Origin: Candidatus Kaiserbacteria bacterium
GTDB lineage: Bacteria; Patescibacteriota; Minisyncoccia; Phycocordibacterales; UBA2100
Direction of reading: 5' to 3'
Assembly: GCA_016214605.1 (NCBI GenBank)
Contig: JACROD010000012.1
Location: 57-64,056, forward strand
Length of the DNA: 64,000 nt
Shown: piece after piece, positions 48,144-57,492 of the stretch
Numbering within the stretch: the first letter of the stretch is position 1
Layout: every line of letters begins with the position of its first letter
Position numbers and translations under genes: made by a program
Notes under the pieces: generated by a model
The model's database searches: none
Told to the model about the DNA's origin: nothing
The model's input: only the letters and a program-made list of their open reading frames with translations

Positions 48144-51100
48144 ATGTCTCAGTCTGATTTCGTTCATCTCCACACCCACTCCCACTATTCCCTTCTGGAA
48201 GCATTGCCCAATATCAAGGATCTGGTAAAGGCCGCAAAGGAAGATGGGCAGACCGCGCTCGCGCTTACCGACAATGGCAACATGTACGGTGCGATCGAGT
48301 TTTACAAAGAGTGCAAGAAAAAAGAGATCAAGCCGATCATTGGCGTAGATTTCTACGTGGCTCAGCGCACGCGCCACGACAAAGAGCATCGCGTCGACGA
48401 TCGTCATAGTCGCCTGATCCTGCTCGCCAAGAATGAAGCGGGGTATCGCAATCTCCTCCTCCTAGTATCCAAGGCCTACATCGAAGGCTTTTACTATCGT
48501 CCGCGCCTCGATCGCGAGCTCTTGCAGGCATACCGCGAGGGCCTGATCGCGATCCTCCCCTCCTTTTCGGGTGAGCATGCGCGCGCACTCAAGGATGATG
48601 CGGCAGACCGAGCGCGCGAATCGCTCGATTGGTACAAACACCTCTACGGCGAGGACCTCTATCTCGAGATCACCCATCACCCCGAGATCGAAGGCCACGA
48701 GGATCTGCAAAAAAAGATCATCGCTCTGGGCAAGGAAATGCATGTGCCGCTGGTCGCCGCGCATGATACGTACTATTTGAAACAAGACGACGCGATCGCG
48801 CGCGAGCTGGTCAACAAGATCCGCACCGGCGGCACCCTGAATCGCGATCTCGACGACAATGCGCCCAATTTTTCCTTCATCCCCAAAGCCGAGGCGATCA
48901 AGCTTTTCAAGAGCACTCCGGAAGCTCTCGACAACACGATCAAGATCGCGGATCAATGCAACCTCACGCTCAATCTCGGTTCGTGGCTCTTTCCCGACTT
49001 TCCTATTCCGGCGGGCACGACGCACGATGCAGAGCTGCGCGAATTCACCTATCAGGGATTTGCGCGCCGCAATATCCCCCAAAATCCTGATATCGTCGCA
49101 CGCGTCGACTACGAGCTCAAGGTCATCGCCGACAAGGGGTATTCGCCGTACTTCTTGGTGGTGTCTGATCTGCTTCGTCATGCCAAATCCGCAGGCATCT
49201 TTACCAACACCCGCGGATCGGCGGCCGGATCGCTCGTCTCGTATCTCACGGGCATCACGACGGTCGATCCGCTCGAATACCAGCTCCCCTTCGAGCGCTT
49301 CCTCAATCCGGAGCGCCCCTCGCCGCCGGACGTCGACATGGACATCGCCGACAACAGGCGCGACGACATGATCGCATATGCGCGCCACAAGTACGGCGAC
49401 GATCACGTGGCGCAGATCGGCACCTTTGGGACCATGATGGCGCGCGCCGCCGTGCGCGACGTCTCGCGTGCACTCGGACATTCGTATGCGCTCGGCGACA
49501 AGATCGCCAAGATCATTCCCTTTGGCAAGCAGGGTTTTCCCGTCACGATTGCAGGCTCGCTCGAAGAGGTCCCTGAGCTCGCCGAGGTCTACAAGACCGA
49601 TTCGGATGCCCGTGAGATCCTCGATCTCGCACAAAAGGTCGAAGGCAATGCGCGCCATGTGGGAGTGCATGCGGCCGGGGTCGTCATCGCGCCCACGCCG
49701 GTGACGGATTTTGTGCCGATACAATTCGACCCCAAGGGCGGCAAGATGATCACGCAGTACGACATGCATGCCGTCGAAGAAGCCGGCCTTCTCAAATTCG
49801 ACTTTCTGGGTCTCACCAACCTCTCGGTCCTCGCCGATGCCGTGGCGCGCGTGCGCGATCGCCTCGGTGTCGAGATCGACATGGATCGCTTGCCGCAGCG
49901 AGATGAAAAGACCTTCGAGATGCTCTCGCGCGGCGAGACACTCGGTGTATTTCAAATGGCGAGCAGTGGCATGACTAGCTACCTGATGAAGCTGAAGCCC
50001 ACGCGCATCGACGACTTAAACGTGATGGTCGCACTCTATCGTCCGGGCCCGATGAACAACATCGACGAATACATCGCCCGCAAGAACGGCACGTCGCGCA
50101 TCACCTATCTGCACCCCAAAATGGAATCCTATCTCTCCAAGACCTTCGGCGTGCTCGTGTACCAAGACGACCTCCTCATGACCGCGATCGAGCTCGCCGG
50201 ATACACCTGGGGCGAGGTCGACAAATTCCGCAAAGCGGTCGGCAAGAAGATCCCCGAAGAAATGGCCAAACAGCACGTGATCTTCGTCGAAGGATGCCAA
50301 AAGCACACCGGCATGAGCGCCGCGATGGCAGAGAAGCTGTGGGAGCTTTTCGAGCCGTTCCAGGGCTACGGCTTCAACAAGGCGCATGCCGCGAGCTACG
50401 GCAACCTCGCGTATCAGACCGGCTACATGAAAGCCAACTTCCCTGTCGACTACATGGCGGCGGTGCTCACGGCGACCGGCGGAGATGTAGACGAGATCGC
50501 ACAGATCGTCGCCGAGTGCAAGCGCATGGGGATCGCGATCTTGCCACCGTCGATCAATCAGAGCCGCGGCAATTTTACCGTAGTGGATGACTTCTCCGAA
50601 CCAAAAAATCCTGGAAGGTCAGACCTTCCAACGGAAATAAGCCATGAAATCGATGGGAAGGTCAGACCTTCCCAAAATATGGCGATTCGTTTCGGGTTGT
50701 ACTCCATCAAGAATTTTGGCACCGGCGTTGGCGATTCGATCATCGCTGCGCGCGAGGAGGGCGGAGATTTCACCGACATTGCCGATTTCCTCTCGCGTAT
50801 TCCCGACAAGAATCTCAACAAAAAATCCCTCGAAGCCTTGATCAAGTGCGGCGCGATGGATGATCTTGGAGAGCGCGGATCGCTTCTCGCGCATATCGAG
50901 ATGCTGCTCGGATTCCATCGCGAGCACATGAAGGCGCCGTCGGACCAAGGCTCGCTCTTTGGCGGACTCATGGCCACACCGACCACACTGCGCCTGCCTC
51001 CTGCTCCCGCCGCTTCAAAAGACCAGTGTCTCGAATGGGAAAAAGAACTCCTCGGTCTCTACATCTCGGGCCATCCGCTCGACAAACATGCGGCCAAGCT

Positions 51101-51392
51101 CAGCAATGCGAAGAATACGATCAAGCATGCCAAGACGAATCTGCGTGGTGTCGACACGGTGATCGGCGGCTTTATTGAAACGGTCCGCACGATCCTCACG
51201 AAGAAAGGCGAGAAGATGGCGTTTATCAAGATCGCCGATCTGTCCGACACGATCGAGGTCGTCGCGTTTCCCCGTACGTTCAAAGAGCATGAGGCGCTCC
51301 TCGTGCCAGGCCAGTGCGTCGCGCTCAAAGGTAAGGTAGAAGAGCGCAATGGCGAACAGAGCTTTTTGATCGACAAGGTGCGCGCGTTGTAG
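48144..51392 (+). CDS. dnaE: DNA polymerase III alpha subunit
   Basis: HLHTHSHYSLL, RGSAAGS, FERFLNPERPSPPDVDMD, KFDFLGL, YGFNKAHA, OB domain. Confidence 0.98.
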   Translation: MSQSDFVHLHTHSHYSLLEALPNIKDLVKAAKEDGQTALALTDNGNMYGAIEFYKECKKKEIKPIIGVDFYVAQRTRHDKEHRVDDRHSRLILLAKNEAGYRNLLLLVSKAYIEGFYYRPRLDRELLQAYREGLIAILPSFSGEHARALKDDAADRARESLDWYKHLYGEDLYLEITHHPEIEGHEDLQKKIIALGKEMHVPLVAAHDTYYLKQDDAIARELVNKIRTGGTLNRDLDDNAPNFSFIPKAEAIKLFKSTPEALDNTIKIADQCNLTLNLGSWLFPDFPIPAGTTHDAELREFTYQGFARRNIPQNPDIVARVDYELKVIADKGYSPYFLVVSDLLRHAKSAGIFTNTRGSAAGSLVSYLTGITTVDPLEYQLPFERFLNPERPSPPDVDMDIADNRRDDMIAYARHKYGDDHVAQIGTFGTMMARAAVRDVSRALGHSYALGDKIAKIIPFGKQGFPVTIAGSLEEVPELAEVYKTDSDAREILDLAQKVEGNARHVGVHAAGVVIAPTPVTDFVPIQFDPKGGKMITQYDMHAVEEAGLLKFDFLGLTNLSVLADAVARVRDRLGVEIDMDRLPQRDEKTFEMLSRGETLGVFQMASSGMTSYLMKLKPTRIDDLNVMVALYRPGPMNNIDEYIARKNGTSRITYLHPKMESYLSKTFGVLVYQDDLLMTAIELAGYTWGEVDKFRKAVGKKIPEEMAKQHVIFVEGCQKHTGMSAAMAEKLWELFEPFQGYGFNKAHAASYGNLAYQTGYMKANFPVDYMAAVLTATGGDVDEIAQIVAECKRMGIAILPPSINQSRGNFTVVDDFSEPKNPGRSDLPTEISHEIDGKVRPSQNMAIRFGLYSIKNFGTGVGDSIIAAREEGGDFTDIADFLSRIPDKNLNKKSLEALIKCGAMDDLGERGSLLAHIEMLLGFHREHMKAPSDQGSLFGGLMATPTTLRLPPAPAASKDQCLEWEKELLGLYISGHPLDKHAAKLSNAKNTIKHAKTNLRGVDTVIGGFIETVRTILTKKGEKMAFIKIADLSDTIEVVAFPRTFKEHEALLVPGQCVALKGKVEERNGEQSFLIDKVRAL
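50612..50674. repeat. Two GGAAGGTCAGACCTTCC palindromes in frame inside dnaE
   Basis: TGGAAGGTCAGACCTTCCA at 50612-50630 and TGGGAAGGTCAGACCTTCCCA at 50654-50674. Confidence 0.85.
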
Positions 51393-51477
51393 ACAAGTAT
51401 GGGTAAGTATGCTATGAATATCTTGGAACATCTATGGTCGTCATAGATGTAAGGCAAAATAAGAGAAGGGATCAATC

Positions 51478-51798
51478 TTGGAATCGAAAGGAAAACGCGC
51501 CGTCGCGCGAGTGATAAGTCGCATCGGCGGACATCTCAAGGCCTATAGCATTGGAGGCGTCTACAACAAGGATCATCGCGTGGGCGAGAAGGCGGTGCTT
51601 GCGCTTTTGATGGAGAGCCCCCTCTTGTCGCTTGAAGAGCAGCGAGCCTGCGAAGAGGCGTTTGATATCGTGTCGCACCTCATCAAGCGTGATAGGGATT
51701 CGGTCAAGTCAGAATCACCATCATATGATTGGCGAAAGATGGAAAGATTGTCGCTTCAGTTTGGTCGCATGGCGATAGATATGCTCAAGTCCGCATAG
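51478..51798 (+). CDS. Hypothetical protein
   Basis: TTG start with AAGGGA SD; hairpin and T-tract at about 51830-51860. Confidence 0.5.
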   Translation: MESKGKRAVARVISRIGGHLKAYSIGGVYNKDHRVGEKAVLALLMESPLLSLEEQRACEEAFDIVSHLIKRDRDSVKSESPSYDWRKMERLSLQFGRMAIDMLKSA

Positions 51799-51895
51799 GG
51801 GCGCATCACGCGACATCTCGACATTTTTCAACGGCATCGTAGAGGGTGCCGTTTTCTTTTTGCTCTAGGCGATAAAATTGATATGATGCGATCAT

Positions 51896-53635
51896 ATGTC
51901 TTCAAGTCTCGAATATAAGCGCCATACACTCGCACATCTTATGGCAGCTGCTGTCAAGGATCTCCATCCAAGCGCGCTCCCCACCATTGGTCCGGCGATC
52001 GACAATGGCTTTTACTACGACTTCGATACGCATGAGATCAAAGAAGAAGATCTCAAGAAGATCGAAAAGAAAATGCGCCAAGTTCTCCCCTCTTGGAAAG
52101 CATTTACCCACGAAGTCGTCTCTGCCGACAAGGCGCGCGAGGTATTTGCCAGCAACAAATACAAGATCGAACTCATCGACAATCTGGAGAAAGAAGGTGC
52201 GACAATCACGCTCTACACCTGCGGCGGATTCACCGATCTTTGTCGCGGCGGCCACTGTGAGCATCCTGCGGCAGAGATCGCGCCGGATTCATTCCAGCTC
52301 GACAAGGTCGCAGGCGCCTATTGGCGCGGTGACGAGAAAAATCCCATGCTCACGCGCATCTACGGTCTCGCATTTGAAGACAAAGCCGGTCTCGATGCAT
52401 ATCAGGCGATGATGATTGAAGCGGAGAAACGTGATCATCGCAAGCTCGGTGCCGAACTCGATCTTTTTCATTTTGATGAATCCATCGGCAAAGGTCTCCC
52501 AATCTGGCTCCCCAAAGGCAACATCATCAAAGAAGAACTCGAAAAATGGGCAAAGGAGACGGAAACCAAATGGGGCTATCAGCGTGTGACGACCCCGATC
52601 ATCACCAAAGAAGATTTGTTCTACACATCAGGGCATCTCCCGCTCTACAAAGACAGTATGTATGCACCGATCCAGATCGAGAATGAGAATTACTACATCA
52701 AGCCGATGAACTGCCCGTTCCACCACAAGACCTTCGCCGCTCGGCCCAAGAGTTATCGCGATCTGCCGGTCCGCTATGCAGAGTACGGCTGGTGCCATCG
52801 TTTCGAAGATTCCGGCAGTCTCTTTGGTCTCATGCGTGTGCGCGGCATGCAGATGAACGATGCTCACATCTATGTCCAAAAAGAAGATGCCGTCGAAGAA
52901 TTCGTGCGCGTCATCCAGCTCCACGAGTATTACTACAAGACCCTCGGTATTGAAAATTACGAAATGGAATTGGCTCTGCGCGATCCCAAGAAAATGGACA
53001 AATATCACGGCGACGAGGAGGATTGGAAAGATGCCGAACGCATGACCATCGAGGCAATGGAAAAGTCCGGCGTGCCCTACAAAGTCGTCCACGAAGGCGC
53101 CGCCTTCTATGGTCCCAAGATGGACTTCCAGATTTATTCTTCTATAGGGCGCGCATTCACCGCTTCGACCAATCAGCTTGACCTTTTCATGGGCAAGCGC
53201 TTCGGTCTCGAATACACCGCCAAGGATGGTACCAAACAGATCCCGGCAGTCATCCACCGCGCACCTCTCGGTACACACGAACGCTTCATCGGATTCCTCA
53301 TCGAACACTACGCCGGAGCATTCCCGACCTGGCTCTCTCCGGTCCAGGTCAAGATATTGCCGGTCTCCGAAAAGCACGCTGACTATGCGGCAGAGATATT
53401 GAAGCAATTGCAGACAGCAGACATCCGCGCCGAAGTCGACGATACTGACAGCCTCGGCAAGCGCATCCGCGCCGCAAAGATGCAAAAGGTGCCGTACGTG
53501 ATCGTCGTTGGCGACAAAGAAGTAGAGCAAAAGAATCTCACCATAGAAGGCCGTGCAGGCAAATGGGAGAAGACCCCGTCGGTAGAGGAGTTTATCACGG
53601 AGATCAGTAAAGAGATCGAGACCCGTTCCCTCTAA
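51896..53635 (+). CDS. thrS: Threonine--tRNA ligase
   Basis: RHTLAHL, DLCRGGH, GAYWRG, RDHRKLG, KPMNCP, GAAFYGPK, IHRAPLG. Confidence 0.98.
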   Translation: MSSSLEYKRHTLAHLMAAAVKDLHPSALPTIGPAIDNGFYYDFDTHEIKEEDLKKIEKKMRQVLPSWKAFTHEVVSADKAREVFASNKYKIELIDNLEKEGATITLYTCGGFTDLCRGGHCEHPAAEIAPDSFQLDKVAGAYWRGDEKNPMLTRIYGLAFEDKAGLDAYQAMMIEAEKRDHRKLGAELDLFHFDESIGKGLPIWLPKGNIIKEELEKWAKETETKWGYQRVTTPIITKEDLFYTSGHLPLYKDSMYAPIQIENENYYIKPMNCPFHHKTFAARPKSYRDLPVRYAEYGWCHRFEDSGSLFGLMRVRGMQMNDAHIYVQKEDAVEEFVRVIQLHEYYYKTLGIENYEMELALRDPKKMDKYHGDEEDWKDAERMTIEAMEKSGVPYKVVHEGAAFYGPKMDFQIYSSIGRAFTASTNQLDLFMGKRFGLEYTAKDGTKQIPAVIHRAPLGTHERFIGFLIEHYAGAFPTWLSPVQVKILPVSEKHADYAAEILKQLQTADIRAEVDDTDSLGKRIRAAKMQKVPYVIVVGDKEVEQKNLTIEGRAGKWEKTPSVEEFITEISKEIETRSL

Positions 53636-53637
53636 AG

Positions 53638-53692
53638 AGGTTGCGAGAATGAGACCTTCGCATTTTTTGCGAAGGTCTGATTCTCGCAACCT
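53638..53692. repeat. 25-bp-arm inverted repeat after thrS
   Basis: AGGTTGCGAGAATGAGACCTTCGCA / TGCGAAGGTCTGATTCTCGCAACCT (one mismatch). Confidence 0.85.
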
Positions 53693-53731
53693 GCCGCTCG
53701 GTGATGTGTGTGAATGGGCCCATTCACATAC

Positions 53732-53767
53732 AAATCAAAACCGCCCCTTTCGGGGCGGTTTTGATTT
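53732..53767. terminator. Bidirectional terminator
   Basis: AAATCAAAACCGCCCC-TTTC-GGGGCGGTTTTGATTT between convergent genes. Confidence 0.85.
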
Positions 53768-53794
53768 CACTTTGGAGCGCCTTTTGGGGAGCTC

Positions 53795-53826
53795 GTCCGC
53801 CTTCGCACTTCGTGCTTCAGCGTGAC
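53795..53826. repeat. Intergenic copy of the CCGCCTTCGC..GCTTCRGCGTG element
   Basis: GTCCGCCTTCGC-ACTTCGT-GCTTCAGCGTGAC; arms match the mraY element. Confidence 0.75.
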
Positions 53827-53854
53827 AAGGGCGGCGGCAGTCGGTTGGTTGATG

Positions 53855-55414
53855 TTAGGCGCGGGTGATCGTGATACGTGGCATTTCGTCAGCGTTTTGA
53901 GCAAGCTTGATGATCATCGTATCTGCGGTCGAGTCGCGGTATTCGCCACGGGTCGGAAGATCTGCGAAAGACGTTTTTTGCGCGACTGCCGGAGTCTCGG
54001 TCATGGTGACCGGAGTTGCTGTTGCCTTTACGGCGGCGACATGCGAACGTTTGACCTCTTGGCGGTTGCTGCGTACTGTGCCGCTTGCGAATGCGAGGCC
54101 TCCCTTGTAGTAGAGCGCGAGGTATGAGGCAGCGAGAGCGAAGCTCAAGAGTCCTGCCCAGTAGATCGCGTTGCCGATCGGACCGAAGTCAAAGCCGGTG
54201 TACGGAATCTGCGTGAGCGAGACGTACGGCTTCGTAGGCACCTGCGGAGGAACGTAAACCGGAGGTACATATGCCGGTGGCTGATAGACCGGAGGCTGTT
54301 GCTGGTAGATCACCTGGGTCTGGCAGGTGTTGCTGCCGCCTTGACCGTGGACCGTCAGGGTGTAGATCGTCGTGCCGCCTACAGGGTAGACCGTAGTCGA
54401 GCCGTTAGGATTCACCGTGCCGACATTCGGACTGATCGAGGCCGAGAAGGCGTTGGTCGAACTCCATGTGAGCGTGACGGGATTGTTGCTGTAGCTGTTA
54501 TAGTAGGAATTCGAGACACTGATCGTACAGGTCGGAAGCATATAATTCTGCGCGAAGTTGTAATTGATCGCGAACTGATTTGGTGCCTGATAGACCGGAG
54601 CCGGGATATTGATGTTGTTGATGTTGGTGTTGCTGATCGGAGCCTGATTCTGTGTGACCGTGACCGGGTTGTTCTGAGTCTGTGTGTGAGTGCTCGACAA
54701 GACCTGGCTGTTGGCCTGATGATTTGTCTGATTCTGCTGCTGTTCCTGATTAGAGGAGCCGCCGGTAGCAGTGGCCGTCACATGAGTGGTGGTCGGCCAG
54801 GTCGGGATCGGGGTGTGGTCTACGTACTGGTTGTTATTGTTGTAGGTGTTTGAGTGGGACGGCGTCGCGGTGTAGCGCGGCATTGTCGGCCAGGTCGGGA
54901 TTGGTTCGTAGACCGGACGAGCAGGCGGGATGTAGTAGCCACCGCCCGTCGAGTATCCGCCGAATCCACCTATGCCGCCATAGCTCGGGGTGCCGTAGGA
55001 ATAGATCGGAGAAGCAGTGTTGCCGTAGTCGTATCCGCCGTAGCCGGTGGAATAATCATACGGTGTTGAGTAGTCGTATGATGTGGAGTAATCATACGGG
55101 GTCGTATAATCATACGGCGTCGAGTAATCGTATGATGTTGAGTAGTTGTAAGGGGTGGAGTAGTCGTATCCTGTTGAGTAGTCGTAAGGAGTAGTGTAGT
55201 CGTATGAGGTTGAATAATCATATGGCGTCGAGTAATCGTATGATGTTGAGTAGTCGTAAGGGGTGGAGTAGTCGTATCCTGTTGAGTAGTCGCCGCAACA
55301 ACCGCCATCGCCAGCATATTGCGCATGAGCAATCGGAGAGAATGCGAAGAGTGTGCTCAAGACAAGCACCGAAATGATCCCAGAACCAGCGATCTTGTTT
55401 GTCATTACGTTCAT
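53855..55414 (-). CDS. Secreted Tyr-repeat surface protein with LPxTG-like motif
   Basis: Signal peptide ending AHA; YDYST repeats; Q/N-rich linker; small Ig-like domain; IPYTG followed by a TM helix. Confidence 0.85.
   Translation of the reverse strand: MNVMTNKIAGSGIISVLVLSTLFAFSPIAHAQYAGDGGCCGDYSTGYDYSTPYDYSTSYDYSTPYDYSTSYDYTTPYDYSTGYDYSTPYNYSTSYDYSTPYDYTTPYDYSTSYDYSTPYDYSTGYGGYDYGNTASPIYSYGTPSYGGIGGFGGYSTGGGYYIPPARPVYEPIPTWPTMPRYTATPSHSNTYNNNNQYVDHTPIPTWPTTTHVTATATGGSSNQEQQQNQTNHQANSQVLSSTHTQTQNNPVTVTQNQAPISNTNINNINIPAPVYQAPNQFAINYNFAQNYMLPTCTISVSNSYYNSYSNNPVTLTWSSTNAFSASISPNVGTVNPNGSTTVYPVGGTTIYTLTVHGQGGSNTCQTQVIYQQQPPVYQPPAYVPPVYVPPQVPTKPYVSLTQIPYTGFDFGPIGNAIYWAGLLSFALAASYLALYYKGGLAFASGTVRSNRQEVKRSHVAAVKATATPVTMTETPAVAQKTSFADLPTRGEYRDSTADTMIIKLAQNADEMPRITITRA
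55043..55291 (-). repeat. About 14 x 18-bp coding tandem repeat (YDYST[P/S/G])
   Basis: Degenerate units such as TACGACTACTCCACCCCT / TACGACTACTCAACATCA. Confidence 0.92.
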
Positions 55415-55570
55415 AAATATTTTTTAGTAAATAAGCCATTAAATACTGCTAATCCGACGTTTATAGTGTGATTATACTCCCAAAGTATCTGTCTGTCAAG
55501 TATGAAAACGGTGCCGGGATTTTGGGTCCCTGGCACCGTTATAGGGTCTTGTCGCGTACAATGCAAGGAT

Positions 55571-56029
55571 CTACTGCTTGACTGGCTCGATCTTGGGGTA
55601 TCCAATTTCGGGACAGATATCTCTGCCAAAGAGGCATGCGGTGTTTTCGGGTACGCGCTCGTATTTTTCTTGATGCGCGATGGCCTGCACGTCCTCATAC
55701 GGATAACTGGCGTGATTTTCATCGTTGCAGATATACATCTTCTCGGTTTTATCCCGAAGCCAATGTCGACCTACCATGATGCAATCATCCGTCCCTGCGT
55801 TTTTCTTGGTGTAGGTCCGCTTCTTTCCGTTTTTCAACGTGAGGCGAAGAAGGACCTTGCGCGGATGCGGCTGTGTGAACGGCACGCATCGCGCGTCTCG
55901 TGAGGGTATCAGTTTAGGATTCACTCCAAGCCGAAAGTCTCGACATTTCGTGCATTGATCGTTCGCAAGCGCCGAGAAAGGCGCAGACACGAAGAAAGAT
56001 GCAACGAGTAAGTGAAAGAACAATTTCAT
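55571..56029 (-). CDS. Cys-rich secreted hypothetical protein
   Basis: Signal peptide ending ALA; seven Cys; AGGAGG SD. Confidence 0.65.
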   Translation of the reverse strand: MKLFFHLLVASFFVSAPFSALANDQCTKCRDFRLGVNPKLIPSRDARCVPFTQPHPRKVLLRLTLKNGKKRTYTKKNAGTDDCIMVGRHWLRDKTEKMYICNDENHASYPYEDVQAIAHQEKYERVPENTACLFGRDICPEIGYPKIEPVKQ

Positions 56030-56181
56030 GGCTTCCTCCTTTCTCTCTCTCGAATCTAATCATGTCTGTGATGAGATTTTCATGAAAGCCTGGCTGGAAA
56101 TCTCGAGAGATTTACAATCAGGAAATAATGAAAAAGTTTTGGCGGGGGATGGAATATTCCATCCCCACGCCAGTACCGCGC

Positions 56182-56802
56182 TTATCGCGGATTGTTATGG
56201 CATCGGCCATCCTGCCACAGGAAGCCTGGTTCGCCATTATGCGGGCCGCCCTGCATGATGCATTTCTTCTGCTTAGGAGGCGGAGGGTAATCCATCTCCC
56301 CGTTCGCAACAGTAGTCGATCCGTAATTTTGGGGCGGTATGCGGTGGCATTGATCATCCGACGCCCACACATAGCCGATTTGCCCGTCATACGGAGCCAT
56401 CATGCGGCATCGTGCGCCATTCGGAAGTCGACCCATTGGGGCTCCCTCCAAACTTTGCTGACCGCCGTAGCCGCCCTGAGGCTGCTGCTGCGTCCGCGGG
56501 TCGCCCTGCGGAGCAAGGTCATGGCCTGGTCGTCCGTCTCCGGTCTGTTCGGCCGGAAGTGCGATAGGAGTTGCTGGAGCGATCAATTCGGCAATCCGTT
56601 GACGGATGCCCGGAAACCATGCCTTCTCGTAGCCGAACATGACCACAAAGATCACAACCAATCCGAGGGCGATCGCCCTCCACACGTCCACTTTTTTCGG
56701 CGGAGTCACAGCGGCCTTAGGGGTCGCCCGTCTCGTCTTGGGCGCCCCCACTTCCTCGATGGAAGTGACGACGTCCGTGATTTTTTTCGGTTCTTCGGCC
56801 AC
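56182..56802 (-). CDS. Membrane-anchored protein with duplicated Cys/His motif
   Basis: GTG start after AAGGAGG; TTGACT-17-TATAAT promoter; one TM helix; two C..G..G..W.D..CH motifs. Confidence 0.7.
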   Translation of the reverse strand: MAEEPKKITDVVTSIEEVGAPKTRRATPKAAVTPPKKVDVWRAIALGLVVIFVVMFGYEKAWFPGIRQRIAELIAPATPIALPAEQTGDGRPGHDLAPQGDPRTQQQPQGGYGGQQSLEGAPMGRLPNGARCRMMAPYDGQIGYVWASDDQCHRIPPQNYGSTTVANGEMDYPPPPKQKKCIMQGGPHNGEPGFLWQDGRCHNNPR

Positions 56803-56950
56803 GATGGCCTCCTTTTATTTTATTAAGAACTGTTGATTAGATTACTGGGTGGAATGTCCCATTCCAGTACCGGAGCAATTATATCACCTATAAAATAAAA
56901 AGTCAAGCGCCACGTTTGACGTGGCGCTTTTGGGTCGACAAGGTCGACCA

Positions 56951-57343
56951 TTAGCAAGGGTATACCTGCCCGTTTGGATATCGGCACAGTCGTCTGCGGC
57001 TCGAGTATCCTGGCTGAGATGCAACGCCGCCGGGGACGAGTCGGTACACGTTTCTCGCCGGTCCAACCGTATATCCGAGAGGTCGAATCGGGCCGAAGGT
57101 GACGTGCCTCCGTGTATTATTGAATCTTATTAATTCTTCGCGGGCTTCGTTCAGGCGTTGCTGGACGTATCCCAGCAAGGGCGGTGTCGGCACATATGCC
57201 GGCGGCTTTTGCACGACATAGTCCCAGGTCTGCCGTGCCTCTTTGATGACCGGCTTTCTCTGGGCCGGTGTCGTGAGCTCTAATACGAGCGCCGCGGCCA
57301 CGGCACACCCCATGACGCGTATGTAGAATTTGTCAGATGCCAC
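56951..57343 (-). CDS. Small exported hypothetical protein
   Basis: GTG start after GAGGA; TTGACA-17-TATAAT promoter; C-terminal CRYPNGQVYPC. Confidence 0.6.
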   Translation of the reverse strand: MASDKFYIRVMGCAVAAALVLELTTPAQRKPVIKEARQTWDYVVQKPPAYVPTPPLLGYVQQRLNEAREELIRFNNTRRHVTFGPIRPLGYTVGPARNVYRLVPGGVASQPGYSSRRRLCRYPNGQVYPC

Positions 57344-57416
57344 GTGAGATTCCTCTCTTACGTTGTTGAACTTGATTCGCTTGTAAAATTATAATCGAAC
57401 ATGACCGAAATGTCAA

Positions 57417-57473
57417 GTGGCGGCAAAAAGGTGGCGGCAAAAAGGCCCGCAAAGCGGGCCTTTTTGCCGCCAC
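57417..57473. terminator. Long hairpin after the sortase gene with a duplicated arm
   Basis: (GTGGCGGCAAAAAG)x2 GCCCGC-AAA-GCGGGC CTTTTTGCCGCCAC. Confidence 0.75.
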
Positions 57474-57492
57474 TTCCTGCTTTATTTTCTCA

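Noticed and set aside
48462-49955. 497-aa minus-strand ORF, and similar long shadows at 52628-53689, 27218-28141 and 20449-21258
   Set aside because: Antisense to well-supported genes; expected from codon bias; no recognisable motifs.
55043-55291. CRISPR array or DGR template
   Set aside because: 18-bp in-frame coding repeat without unique spacers; no reverse transcriptase in the window.
56128-56826. 232-aa plus-strand ORF
   Set aside because: The minus-strand ORF has a promoter, SD, TM helix and repeated motif; this one is Arg-rich noise.
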